Part shown: positions 41,415 to 51,213 of the stretch, piece by piece
How positions within the stretch are numbered: the first letter of the stretch is position 1
Layout of the letters: the number at the start of each line of letters is the position of its first letter
Source of the DNA: Syntrophobacterales bacterium
Lineage (GTDB): Bacteria > Desulfobacterota > Syntrophia > Syntrophales > UBA2210
NCBI GenBank assembly: GCA_018433345.1
Contig: JAHDRK010000036.1
Location: forward strand, 1-58,855
Direction of reading: 5' to 3'
Length of the DNA: 58,855 nucleotides
The notes under the pieces: model-generated
What the model was told of the DNA's origin: nothing
The model's database searches: none
The model's input: only the letters and a program-made list of their open reading frames with translations
Program-made: the position numbers and the translations under genes

Positions 41415-42164
41415 ATGAGATTGAAAGACAAGGTTGCCGTTGTAACAGGTTCAGGCAGGGGCATTGGCGAGGGTATCGTCATGCGCTTCGTGGAAGAAGG
41501 TGCCAAGGTGGTTGTCAATGATGTCAATGAGGCGGATGCCAACGCGGTAGTCGCGAAAGTGAAAGAGGCCGGCGGGCGGGCCCTGGCCGTTATCGGAAGC
41601 GTGGCGGAGCGCGCGGTTGTCCAGGGTATGGTCGATAAGGCGATCGAAGAGTTCGGTACACTGGACATCATGGTAAACAACGCCGGTATTACCAGGGACG
41701 CAATGCTGCACAAGATGACCGACGAACAGTGGGACCAGGTGATAGCAGTCAACCTTACAGGTGTCTTCTATGGAATTCAGTGTGCGGGACGATACATGCG
41801 GGAGAAGAAGTACGGAAAGATCATAAACATTTCATCCACCAGCGCCCTGGGAAATGCAGGCCAGCTCAATTATTCGGCCTCCAAGGCCGGCGTGATCGGC
41901 ATGACCAAGACCGCCGCCAAGGAGCTGGGTCCAAAAAACGTCAACGTGAACGCTATAGCCCCCGGCATGATATGGACGGACATGATGAAAGCCATGCCTC
42001 CAGAGGTTCTCCAGCAGATGGATGCCATGCTTCCATACCTCGTGCCCTTGAACCGCAAAGGATCTCCGCGGGACATCGCCAACGCGGCACTGTTTCTGGC
42101 TTCCGAGGAGAGCCAATTCATCACCGGTCACGTTATTTTCTGCGAAGGCGGTATGAAGATGTAG
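41415..42164 (+). CDS. 3-oxoacyl-ACP/CoA reductase-like SDR (FabG family)
   Basis: TGSGRGIG, NNAGITRD, GQLNYSASKAG. Confidence 0.9.
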   Translation: MRLKDKVAVVTGSGRGIGEGIVMRFVEEGAKVVVNDVNEADANAVVAKVKEAGGRALAVIGSVAERAVVQGMVDKAIEEFGTLDIMVNNAGITRDAMLHKMTDEQWDQVIAVNLTGVFYGIQCAGRYMREKKYGKIINISSTSALGNAGQLNYSASKAGVIGMTKTAAKELGPKNVNVNAIAPGMIWTDMMKAMPPEVLQQMDAMLPYLVPLNRKGSPRDIANAALFLASEESQFITGHVIFCEGGMKM

Positions 42165-42210
42165 CCTAAGCGGCGTTCCATCTGACTCATTGTCCGGCAA
42201 TGAGTTTGTC

Positions 42211-42247
42211 AAAAAGGGAGGGGGAGCAATCTCCCTCCCCCCTCTTT
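42211..42247. terminator. bidirectional intrinsic terminator
   Basis: AAAAAGGGAGGGGGAG-CAAT-CTCCCTCCCCCTCTTT between convergent genes. Confidence 0.65.
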
Positions 42248-42288
42248 CCACTTTTCGTATTTTATGTAAAGAAGGGTGCGGACGCCGT

Positions 42289-43272
42289 TCAACCCTCCAT
42301 CAATATTGAATGTATCTTGTCGGCGTAGGCGCGGCTTTCGTGGTCCGGGGTCCTGATTTCTATCTGTTCGGGACCCGTTACTCCCAGCCCTATTTCAACG
42401 GCCCTTTTAATTTGTTCCTGTTGAAATATTTTCCGTCCCATTATGGTTTGGTTGGACCCCGCCTCCTTGAGCACGGCCAGGCCCACGGCATCGATAGCCA
42501 CCCGATCGGTTCCCGCCAGCATGACATTCGCCTCTTTCTTTTCCCCTGTCATCGGGCCTCCGTCGGTAAAAACTTCAACGCCGTCCATGACAATGAGTTG
42601 CGGGCGGTATCCCAGATTTATTTCCGCTATCATCTTCCGCATGTGAGGCGAAGAGTGGAGTTCACGCATCAGGTTTCGGTGGACCGCCCCTACGCTCAAT
42701 TTCAGGGACATTGTGAAGTGACCCCCGAACATGTGAGTTTTTAGACAGCCCGTCGTCACGGTGTACTCCGATTCGACAAGGGGGCGGGCCATTAAGAAGC
42801 CGTTGCTCCAGTGAGAACCGCGGGGGGTTATCAGCACCCAGTCGCTCTCGTCCAGAGTTTCGAAGTTCAAAACCTCAAACCCCATGTCCCTTCCCATGTC
42901 GAAGACGCCCTTGTCTCCCATTATTTGGTGTGTGTCACCGGGACCGCAACGGTCGCCGACAACGATTGATGAGGCTTTCCGAGCCTGTATCTCCCGGACG
43001 AGTGTGGACAAAACATCGTTATGGGTGGAACCGGGCGCGGGATCAGCGGTATTGAAATTGGGTTTAACCAAGACCTTTTTACCCTTCATGGACGGGAAAT
43101 CCAGCAGTCTCAAGGCCTTTTCCACCCCTTGCCCGCGGTCGCCGGTTTTGACCAGGGCAATGGTCGCCTTGTTCCCCCTGTTTTCGCTCCAGGCAGGCAT
43201 GGCTCCGATCGAAAGTCCCGCTATACCGATCGCCGAAACGTACATGAATTCTCTACGGTTGAAATATGGCAT
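42289..43272 (-). CDS. DUF362 family protein with Tat signal
   Basis: NRREFM Tat motif; VKPN, KTH..G.FT.SLK, DG.E...GGP..G, D.VAIDA. Confidence 0.85.
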   Translation of the reverse strand: MPYFNRREFMYVSAIGIAGLSIGAMPAWSENRGNKATIALVKTGDRGQGVEKALRLLDFPSMKGKKVLVKPNFNTADPAPGSTHNDVLSTLVREIQARKASSIVVGDRCGPGDTHQIMGDKGVFDMGRDMGFEVLNFETLDESDWVLITPRGSHWSNGFLMARPLVESEYTVTTGCLKTHMFGGHFTMSLKLSVGAVHRNLMRELHSSPHMRKMIAEINLGYRPQLIVMDGVEVFTDGGPMTGEKKEANVMLAGTDRVAIDAVGLAVLKEAGSNQTIMGRKIFQQEQIKRAVEIGLGVTGPEQIEIRTPDHESRAYADKIHSILMEG

Positions 43273-43598
43273 GGGCGGGAGTCATCCTTTTTAAAACGTG
43301 TATAATTTTACAAATTTTGTCATGGTAGGAATGGGTTGTCAAGGGACGGAACGGATAATGCGAAAATCGGACCACAAAACATAGAACAAGATGAAATGTT
43401 GTTTTCCATGAATCTTTGTACGTGTTATAAAACACCGTGGTGATGGCGGTCATGTCGGTGCTGTGTGCCGCAGGTACAGTCCAAGGCATGCCGTAGGCGG
43501 CGCCGGAAGAGAGAGTGGTCGATGGTGCCGAGAAGAGGGGTGTGTTGTCATCTTTCAATCACTTTAAATTATAAGCACAAATAGAAGGAGATCGGAAA

Positions 43599-44249
43599 AT
43601 GAAAAAGTACAGTGCATTGGTTATTCTTGTTGTGTTCCTCGCGGCCGCTTGTTCCACGCCTCAAACGAGAACGGAGAAAGGTGCCGTGTACGGCGCCGCG
43701 GGAGGCGCGGTGGCGGGCGCCGTGGCGGGGCAGGTGATCGGTAAGGACACGAAGGGTACACTTATCGGCGCGGCGATAGGAGCGGCGGTAGGGGGAGCGG
43801 GTGGCGCGGCTGTGGGTAGAATGATGGACAACCAGGAACGTGATATGCGGGAAGCCCTGGCCGCTTCCGAGGCTGCAACTATTAAACGAGAAGGCAACCT
43901 GTTGGCGGTGTCTTTTAAAGGTGACGTAACTTTTGATCACGATTCCGCCGTGGTCAGGCCGGGCCTTTATAACGAGATCAGCCGGATCGCGGATATCCTG
44001 AAGCAATACCCGGATACTGTCATCAGGGTGGAAGGTCATACAGACAGCGTCGGCCCGGAAGAGTACAATCTCGAGCTTTCCTACAGGCGTGCCGAGGAGG
44101 TTCGGGATTTGTTGGTTGCGCGGGGGGTGGATCCCGGTCGCATTGAGGTCGTAGGATTCGGGGAAACCATGCCGATCGCCACCAATGATACGGAAGCGGG
44201 GCGTCAAATGAACAGAAGGGTTGAGATCAAGATTGCGCCCCGAACGTGA
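43599..44249 (+). CDS. OmpA-family lipoprotein (YiaD-like, glycine zipper)
   Basis: LAAC lipobox, Gly/Ala zipper, GHTDS.G..YN..LS.RRA, NRRVEI. Confidence 0.92.
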   Translation: MKKYSALVILVVFLAAACSTPQTRTEKGAVYGAAGGAVAGAVAGQVIGKDTKGTLIGAAIGAAVGGAGGAAVGRMMDNQERDMREALAASEAATIKREGNLLAVSFKGDVTFDHDSAVVRPGLYNEISRIADILKQYPDTVIRVEGHTDSVGPEEYNLELSYRRAEEVRDLLVARGVDPGRIEVVGFGETMPIATNDTEAGRQMNRRVEIKIAPRT

Positions 44250-44273
44250 TGATCGGCGCGATAAAGATGAAGA

Positions 44274-45476
44274 GTGCCCTCCAGAGGGGAATCCGCGGTG
44301 AAGAATAACGCTCCGCCGGGGTGGCCTAGATATGCCTCGATCCTGGCCGCGATTACAGTCATTATCCTCCTGTCTTTCTTCTCGGGCCTTGCTTGTCGGC
44401 CGGCGGATGCGGCGCGACTTTCGTCGCTCTGCATACCGGACTTTCCCTACAAGGACGGTTGGTACGGTGGTGACGGGGCATGGTCGTTGGATCTGGGGGA
44501 CGGTCGTGTGCTTTGGCTATTCGGCGATTCCTTCGTATCGAGCCGTGAGGGTCTTCAGGACCGATCGGGAATGCAGCTTGTCCTTGGAACCACCGTGGCC
44601 GTATCGACCTGCACCGCCGGAGGCGAGTTCAGAATACGGTACCGGTTGAAAAAGAGGGACGGTGAGTTCGTTTCATTTTTTGGTGACGGAGAATGGTTGT
44701 GGCCCGGGGATCCATTCCTGGTCCGGGGGACTGTCTATGTTCCCCTGGTGTCGATTGAAGAAGATCCGGATCGGCCCAAACCTTTCGCCTTTAAAATAAC
44801 AGACCACAGGATTGCAAAAATAGAAGATTTCAAGGGCAGGGATCCTCTCGACTGGAAGGTCGACTACCTCGATCTTTCACCCGGAGTCCTCGAGGGAGTT
44901 CATGCCTTTGCCGCAACCTCTGTTCCACATGGAAGGCACGTGTATTTTTTCCCTCTCTATGGAGCCACCGTGAACGGCCTCACTCTTTTTGGCAATATCC
45001 TGGCGCGGGTTTCGCTGGAGGCTTTAAGTGAACCGGGGGAGGCGGTGGAGTACTTGACAGGGAACGGGAAATGGAAAAGGAATCCTCGTCATGATGAACT
45101 GAAGGTTGTCCTGGACGCCGCCGTACCTGAGATGAGTGTTAGGTACCACCCCGAGAGGGGCAAGTGGGTTGCCGTTTACCTGTCAATAGAGGGGAGAGGC
45201 GACCGCATGTTGTTCAGAACCGCCGATAAACTGGAGGGTCCATGGGAAGAACCGGAGGTCTTGCTGTCTCCCATACCGGAAGTGGATCCCGAGAGCCCGT
45301 TCTATGACGATAAAACCTTCTGCTATGCCGGCAAGGAGCACTTCATGTTTTCCATGGGGAGAATCTTCGTGGTGTCCTACGTTTGCAACTCTGAAGACGA
45401 TCCCGCGGACGAGGAAGGATTCATTTGCAAGAATCTTTTTCTCTATCGTCCGGTCGTCAGGACAGTGCTTCACTGA
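44274..45476 (+). CDS. exported DUF4185/DUF5005-like protein
   Basis: Signal/TM segment; W.GGDG..S..L.DGR.LWLFGDSF, EGPW, CYA.K.H; start uncertain. Confidence 0.6.
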   Translation: MPSRGESAVKNNAPPGWPRYASILAAITVIILLSFFSGLACRPADAARLSSLCIPDFPYKDGWYGGDGAWSLDLGDGRVLWLFGDSFVSSREGLQDRSGMQLVLGTTVAVSTCTAGGEFRIRYRLKKRDGEFVSFFGDGEWLWPGDPFLVRGTVYVPLVSIEEDPDRPKPFAFKITDHRIAKIEDFKGRDPLDWKVDYLDLSPGVLEGVHAFAATSVPHGRHVYFFPLYGATVNGLTLFGNILARVSLEALSEPGEAVEYLTGNGKWKRNPRHDELKVVLDAAVPEMSVRYHPERGKWVAVYLSIEGRGDRMLFRTADKLEGPWEEPEVLLSPIPEVDPESPFYDDKTFCYAGKEHFMFSMGRIFVVSYVCNSEDDPADEEGFICKNLFLYRPVVRTVLH

Positions 45477-45590
45477 TCGATCGAAGCGAAGGGCGGCGGT
45501 GTGTCGATCGCTTCAGACTTATTCGAGCTTTGTGATTTATTGCGCTGCGGTCGGAGAATTGTCCGTCCCCGAAACAAAGGAGTTTGATTG

Positions 45591-46373
45591 ATGAGGATTA
45601 TGACATTTAATCTGCTTTTCGACGGCGGGAAGAATAACAGGTTTCCTTGGGAAATGCGGCGGGACTTGGTTGTTCGGATCATAGAGCGATACGGCCCTCA
45701 CATCCTCGGAACCCAGGAGGGAATGAAGAGGCAACTCGAATATCTCCGGGATCGGCTCGCGCCGGAATACGCCATGGTAGCCCGCGGACGTAACTGGGAT
45801 GACACCTCCCAGTACCCCACCCTCTTTTATCGGGCCGATGCTTTCGCCTTGCTGGAGGCGGGTGAATTCTGGCTGTCAAAAACGCCCGAAATACATTTGA
45901 GCAAAGACTGGGGCAGTGGTTTCCCGCGCATGATGAGCTACGGCGTTTTCCGAAACAATTCCACGGGCCGGGATTTTCTTTCTCTGGTGACCCACCTTGA
46001 CCATATCAGCGACGAGGCGCGTCTCGAACAGGCGAAAATAATAGGGAGATGGCTGGCGTCCCACTCCGAGCCTGCCGTTGTTATGGGGGATTTCAACGAC
46101 AAACCCGGTTCAGTCGTCCACGGGATACTGACCCGTGAGTATCGCGCCATGATCGATGCTTGGCAGGCACTGTCACTTCCGGAAAGTGAACTAAGTATGA
46201 CCAGGCACGATGGAGCGGGCAATCCAAAGAAGTGCCGCATGGACTGGATACTCGTTTCGCCCGATTTTACCGTTCTCCGGGCCGAAATTATTCGCGATAA
46301 TGAAGGAGGCCTCTATCCTTCCGACCATTATCCCTGCCTGGTGGAGCTGAAAGGATGGGGGTCAAATCTTTAA
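45591..46373 (+). CDS. endonuclease/exonuclease/phosphatase family protein
   Basis: MTFN, GTQE, THLDH, GDFN, DWI, PSDHYP. Confidence 0.92.
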   Translation: MRIMTFNLLFDGGKNNRFPWEMRRDLVVRIIERYGPHILGTQEGMKRQLEYLRDRLAPEYAMVARGRNWDDTSQYPTLFYRADAFALLEAGEFWLSKTPEIHLSKDWGSGFPRMMSYGVFRNNSTGRDFLSLVTHLDHISDEARLEQAKIIGRWLASHSEPAVVMGDFNDKPGSVVHGILTREYRAMIDAWQALSLPESELSMTRHDGAGNPKKCRMDWILVSPDFTVLRAEIIRDNEGGLYPSDHYPCLVELKGWGSNL

Positions 46374-46403
46374 ACTTGACATTTGGGAAAAAAGATGCGG
46401 GTG
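46358..46403 (+). repeat. 27-bp palindromic repeat, copy 3, with extension
   Basis: 46358-46384 identical to the other copies; supplies the GSNL* end of the EEP gene. Confidence 0.9.
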
Positions 46404-46508
46404 GGGGGATAAGGGGAAGGGGATACAACATCACTTTTCCTCCTCCGCGCAAGAAAAGTTTGCTCCTTTGATGATAGTGAAATAAAAAGGGGGAAAGGGA
46501 GGTGTGTC

Positions 46509-47327
46509 GTGTCTCTTGTCACCATTACAGCCGGTATTGGATCGGAGGCCTATCCCGTGGCCAGGGAGGCGGCGGAACGACTCTCGATCGATCTTTACGA
46601 TGATGAGCGTCTCAGGGAAGAATTTCTTGCTATGGGTCTTTCTTCTGGAGACCTGGAAAGCCTCAATGAGAAGGCCCCCGGTTTTTTCAGAAGATTGCTG
46701 GATTTGCGGCCCAATGCCTATCAGGAACTCATGGAATCGGTGGTTTGCCACGTGGCGAGGCGCGGTGAAGGGTTTATAATCGGCTATGGTTCGGCCTTTC
46801 TTCTCCAGGACTTCGGTTGTGCCCTCCACGTGCGGATTTATTCATCTGAATCACGCCGGGTCGAGCGGATTATGAGGGAGTGGAACGTCGACGAGAGCGC
46901 CGCCGCAAAGGCGATTCGAAGGAGCGACAATGAAAGGCGGGGATTCATGGAATATGCCTTCAATATCGGATGGCACGACCTTTCGCTCTTTGACCTGGTC
47001 GTGAATGTCGATAAGCTGGGACATGAATCGGCTGCTTCCGTGATTGTCGATGTGGCTTCATCGGAAATTATAAACGCCTGCAGCCTGACGGCGCTCGAGA
47101 CGATGCAGCGTTTCAGCCTGGAGAAAAGGGTGGAAGCCGTCGTAAAAAAGACCATCCTGGTTCCAAAAAACGTGCAGGTTTCGGTGACGGGAGAGGGGGA
47201 AGTTACGCTTATGGGAATCATGAACCCTCTCGAATCGAAGGACAAGCTTATAGAAGCGGTGAAGGCCGTCCCGGGGGTTCATAAAGTCGTGTCACGAATC
47301 GCCACAGAGAAGATCCATGATATATGA
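46509..47327 (+). CDS. cytidylate kinase-like domain fused to a BON domain
   Basis: Degenerate P-loop, LHVRI, D..R..F, FDLVVN; C-terminal V.V..G.V.L.G....A..VPGV..V. Confidence 0.8.
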   Translation: MSLVTITAGIGSEAYPVAREAAERLSIDLYDDERLREEFLAMGLSSGDLESLNEKAPGFFRRLLDLRPNAYQELMESVVCHVARRGEGFIIGYGSAFLLQDFGCALHVRIYSSESRRVERIMREWNVDESAAAKAIRRSDNERRGFMEYAFNIGWHDLSLFDLVVNVDKLGHESAASVIVDVASSEIINACSLTALETMQRFSLEKRVEAVVKKTILVPKNVQVSVTGEGEVTLMGIMNPLESKDKLIEAVKAVPGVHKVVSRIATEKIHDI

Positions 47328-47366
47328 AAAACAGGTGACAGGCTGTTTTCCCCTTGATACCACGCC

Positions 47367-47702
47367 ATGAGAGACACCAAAAATAAAGATCGAGTGTTGG
47401 AGTGCCTTCGATGCGGGCGATGCTGTCTCGTCAATTTCGCCGCCTATGTCACGGAAGAAGATATCCGGCGATGGGAAGAGGAAGGAAGGAGGGACATACT
47501 GCACATACTGGAAAGGGAGAAGGGGTCATGGCAGGGTGACCGTTTGATCTCCGCGGATTCCGGGCAGGCGCTTGGGGGTTGCCCTTTTTTTGATTTTGAC
47601 GGTGAACGTTTTCGGTGTGCGATACACGAAACGAGGCCGGCGACATGCCGCAACTATGAGCCCGGTTCTTCCGCACTGTGTCCCAGATTCGGGGAAGGCT
47701 GA
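47367..47702 (+). CDS. YkgJ/UPF0153 cysteine cluster protein
   Basis: C.RCGRCC, CPF, C.IHE.RP..CR.Y. Confidence 0.85.
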   Translation: MRDTKNKDRVLECLRCGRCCLVNFAAYVTEEDIRRWEEEGRRDILHILEREKGSWQGDRLISADSGQALGGCPFFDFDGERFRCAIHETRPATCRNYEPGSSALCPRFGEG

Positions 47703-47714
47703 AAAGGTGGAGAT

Positions 47715-48065
47715 ATGGAAAAGAACAGGCGTCGAAGGACGAGAGTTCCCGTTCACATTGTCGCAACAGTGCAAGTGGGTGAAGAAGAAATCACCCTTGA
47801 AACTGAGAACATCAGCCTTGGTGGGATGCTTTGCGCTCCCTGTCCAAGGATAGGGGTGGGCGAGATCGTTGAGATAAGGCTCGTCCTTGGTTCCGAAGTG
47901 GTCATCGAGGCAAAGGCGAGCGTGGTCAGGAGCGATGAAAAGGGAATCGCCTTAGCCTTCCTCAATATTGACGAAGATGGATTCTACCACTTGAAGCAAC
48001 TGGTACAATACAATGCCGATGACGCGGATCGGATCGAGCGGGAAATACTACGACACCAGGACTAA
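47715..48065 (+). CDS. PilZ domain protein
   Basis: RRRTR (RxxxR) and NISLGG (D/NxSxxG) c-di-GMP motifs. Confidence 0.88.
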   Translation: MEKNRRRRTRVPVHIVATVQVGEEEITLETENISLGGMLCAPCPRIGVGEIVEIRLVLGSEVVIEAKASVVRSDEKGIALAFLNIDEDGFYHLKQLVQYNADDADRIEREILRHQD

Positions 48066-48134
48066 CAAGGGACTAACAAGGAACAAAAAAGGGGCAGGCT
48101 GCATTTGGGCGGTGACGGGCGAGAAAAGGCAGGC

Positions 48135-48818
48135 TTACTCCTTTTCCTCGGAGGCGGCTGCTATGAATTTTCTGACCTTGCGTGGGTTTTTCTTTCTCCC
48201 ATCGTCTTCAACACCGCTGATTACGTCGACGGCGTAGGGGTTAACGGTGGCGACGGCTCGTGCGACGTTATCCGGGGTAAGGCCACCCGCCAGGATAACT
48301 GGAACGCTCACAGTGTCGCGAATCCGGCGGGCAAGCGCCCAGTCTATGCTTTTCCCCGTTCCGGCGGGGCGTGTTTCGCTGATAGAATCCATGACGATGG
48401 CGCTCACCCCCGTAGATTCGATCATCTTCGCCGCTTCCAGGGGATCTTGGTGGAAAATGTTACAGCGGCCGGTACTGACGGAAAAACGAAGGGCCTTGAT
48501 GACATCGACACCCATCGCCGACAGGGCGGATACGATGTCTTTTGTGACATTGAGGGGTTCGTCGGCGTGAAGCTGTACGGCATGCGGCTTCAGTAATTTC
48601 GCCAGGGACAGCACCGTGTCGAAATCGTCCCCCACGACGATGATTCGGTAAACGAAGGGAGGAACCAGGCGTAGGAGGTTGAGCGCCTCGTCCCTGTGGA
48701 GATTCCAGGGGACGTCGACGGGATACTCGGTGACAAAACCCAAGGCATGGGCGCCGGCCTCCACGCAGAGTCGGATTTCTTCTTCTGTGGTGATTCCACA
48801 AATCTTTATGCGTGTCAT
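48135..48818 (-). CDS. trpF: phosphoribosylanthranilate isomerase
   Basis: IKICGIT, VQLH, GTG..DW, LAGGL.P.NV, VDV.SGVE; ATGA overlap with trpC. Confidence 0.92.
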   Translation of the reverse strand: MTRIKICGITTEEEIRLCVEAGAHALGFVTEYPVDVPWNLHRDEALNLLRLVPPFVYRIIVVGDDFDTVLSLAKLLKPHAVQLHADEPLNVTKDIVSALSAMGVDVIKALRFSVSTGRCNIFHQDPLEAAKMIESTGVSAIVMDSISETRPAGTGKSIDWALARRIRDTVSVPVILAGGLTPDNVARAVATVNPYAVDVISGVEDDGRKKNPRKVRKFIAAASEEKE

Positions 48819-49534
48819 AGGGGCCATCCCACGGTGATCATGGCTGTCAGCAGTTCACGTGGATCCGGTGCTTTAAGAATCGCGGTTCCCACCAGGACGG
48901 CATCGGCTCCGCTTTTACCTGCCCGCCGGACATCATCCAGTGTCGCTATGGAGCTTTCGCTTACCAAGGGGCGGGCATCGTTGTACAAGCGCGACAGTTC
49001 TTCCGTCTTTTCAACGCCGCCGTCGTCAACTTCAAGGATGGTTATATCGCGGTTGTTGATTCCCAGGATGCTTCCCGGGAGGGCGCCGATTTTCGACAGT
49101 TCCTCCGCTGTGTGTGCTTCCGCGAGTGTCTCGAGGTCCAAGGAAGCGGCAAATTCAATGAGGTGTAACAGCGTGGCGTCATCGAGCATGGCCGCGATAA
49201 GTAGAATCGCCGAAGCGCCTCGTGATGCCGACTCCTCGATCTGTTCCTCGGAGGTGACGAAATCCTTCTGAAGAACGGGTAGATCGACCGCCGCTGTAAC
49301 GTCGCGAAGAAGATCGAGAGATCCTCCAAAATGCGTCGGTTCGGTGACGACGCTTATCCCTGCGGCCCCACAGGCTGCCATGGTCCGTGCCAGTTCTGCG
49401 GGATCGCGTCTTCCGAGCAGGTCGCCTTCCTTTTCCGAACGCACCTTTATCTCGGAGATCACCGGGAAGAGACCCTCTCTTTGTCTCTGCCTGATGAACG
49501 CTGCGAGGGATGGGATGGTCCTTGTTTCTGTCAT
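48815..49534 (-). CDS. trpC: indole-3-glycerol phosphate synthase
   Basis: ISEIK..S, ISV.TEP..FGGS, KDF, GINNRD, SES, LVGT. Confidence 0.9.
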   Translation of the reverse strand: MTETRTIPSLAAFIRQRQREGLFPVISEIKVRSEKEGDLLGRRDPAELARTMAACGAAGISVVTEPTHFGGSLDLLRDVTAAVDLPVLQKDFVTSEEQIEESASRGASAILLIAAMLDDATLLHLIEFAASLDLETLAEAHTAEELSKIGALPGSILGINNRDITILEVDDGGVEKTEELSRLYNDARPLVSESSIATLDDVRRAGKSGADAVLVGTAILKAPDPRELLTAMITVGWPL

Positions 49535-49568
49535 GGAGTGTTTGCCTTTTTAGGTGATTCGCGGATTT

Positions 49569-49617
49569 CCTCTATGATCTTTTTGATGCCTCTATGATCT
49601 TTTTGATGCCTCTATGA
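49569..49617. repeat. 20-bp tandem duplication at the trpD 3' end
   Basis: CCTCTATGATCTTTTTGATG x2 plus partial CCTCTATGA. Confidence 0.85.
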
Positions 49618-50400
49618 GTTCTTCGAGTTTCCTTTGTGCTTTTCCCGAGTCGATGAGCGATCGGGATAGTTCCATGCCTTCCTGTATACTTGCCGCCTTG
49701 CCGCTTACATAGAGAGTGGCGCCGTTGTTCAGGACAAGGAAGTCTCTGCGGGGGCCCTTCTCAACGCCCGAAAAAATGTCCCTGATCACGCGGGCGTTGA
49801 AGTCTGGTGAACCACCGGCGATGTCGTCGATGCTGCAACGTTTGAGGCCGAAATCCTCGGGGACGATCTCGTACTGCCTGATCTTTTTGTCTTTGATTTC
49901 GGCGATGGATGTTTTGCCTATCAAGGATATTTCATCGAGACCGTCCAATCCATGGGCGACGATGACATGATTAAAATCCATTTCCGCCACGACGTTCGCC
50001 ATCATGCTCACCAATTCCGGCCTGTAGAGTCCGATGGTGTGATTCCGGGCTCCCGCGGGATTGATCAGAGGCCCTATAATGGTAAAGAAAATGGTCTTCA
50101 CTCCGAGCTGGTTCTCCGGGCCGAAAACCTTCAGCATAACGGGGTGAAAATTGGGGGCGTAGATAAAGCTGATACCTATTGTTTCTATGAGGCGGGCCGC
50201 CTGCTCCGGTGTCCGGTCGATGGTGACCCCCAATGCCTCGAGGACATCGGCGCTTCCCGAGGGTGACGATATGGACCGACTGCCGTGTTTTGCCACGGGG
50301 ACACCTGCGGCCGCCGTCAGGATCGCGTTGGCCGTGCTCACGTTGAAGGTGGTCAGCCCGCCGCCTGTTCCGCCTTAAAAAGCACCACTGCCGTTATCAT
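49592..50400 (-). pseudogene. trpD: anthranilate phosphoribosyltransferase, 5'-truncated/frameshifted
   Basis: GTGG..TTFNVST, KHG, GSAD.LEALG, GPL.NP and GLDE motifs present; N-terminal helical domain absent; RBS-ATG at 50400 is out of frame; in-frame TAA just before GGTGG. Confidence 0.8.
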
Positions 50401-50415
50401 GAAACCGTTCTCCTT

Positions 50416-51213
50416 TCATTTTATGGCGTTCTTGAATTGCCGTACCTGTTCGGCCAGGCGATCCGCCAGGTTGCCATGGTGCCGGTAATCTTCTATGGTT
50501 TTTTCGAAGGCGCTGCCGATGACAACGCCGTCCACGAATGGAGACAGGGTTCCAGCTATCTCGGGAGTGGAGATTCCGAATCCCACACAGAGGGGTGTTC
50601 CCGTGATGGAGCGAAGGATCGCTGCTTGGTCCTTGATTCCATCGATATCGAGATCGCCTCCACCGGTCACGCCGGCCTTGGATATGAGATAGAGGAAGCC
50701 CGAGGCATTCCCCGCGATCGCCGCCATTCGCTCCCGCGGTGTTGTGGGAGCCACGAGGCGTATAAGAGCGAACCCGTCATCGTTTTTCCATCCGCCGGCC
50801 AGTTCCTCGGATTCCTCGAAAGGCAGGTCGACCACGAGCACGCCGTCGGTGCCGGCGCCGAGGGCGTTTCGGTAAAAGGCGTCTGCGCCGTAGACAAAAA
50901 TGGGATTGTAATAGCTGAATAGAATAATGGGAACGTTGGTTCTTTCTCGGAGAGACCTTGTCATGTCAATGGCCGCGGCAAGATTCGAGCCTCCCGTGAG
51001 CGCCCGTGCCGCCCCCCGCTGAATCACCGGTCCGTCGGCGGTGGGATCGGAAAAGGGGACACCCAGTTCCAGTATGTCCAGACCGGCCTCGCACATGGCG
51101 ACGAGAAGCTCGAACGACTTCTCCGGTGAAGGATCACCGCAAACGACGAAACCCACGAGAGCCTTTTCTCCTTTATCCTTCAATTCCTTGAAACGTAGGT
51201 CTATTCTGTTCAT
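50416..51213 (-). CDS. trpA: tryptophan synthase alpha subunit
   Basis: [40 protein letters not shown]; ATGA overlap with trpB. Confidence 0.95.
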   Translation of the reverse strand: MNRIDLRFKELKDKGEKALVGFVVCGDPSPEKSFELLVAMCEAGLDILELGVPFSDPTADGPVIQRGAARALTGGSNLAAAIDMTRSLRERTNVPIILFSYYNPIFVYGADAFYRNALGAGTDGVLVVDLPFEESEELAGGWKNDDGFALIRLVAPTTPRERMAAIAGNASGFLYLISKAGVTGGGDLDIDGIKDQAAILRSITGTPLCVGFGISTPEIAGTLSPFVDGVVIGSAFEKTIEDYRHHGNLADRLAEQVRQFKNAIK

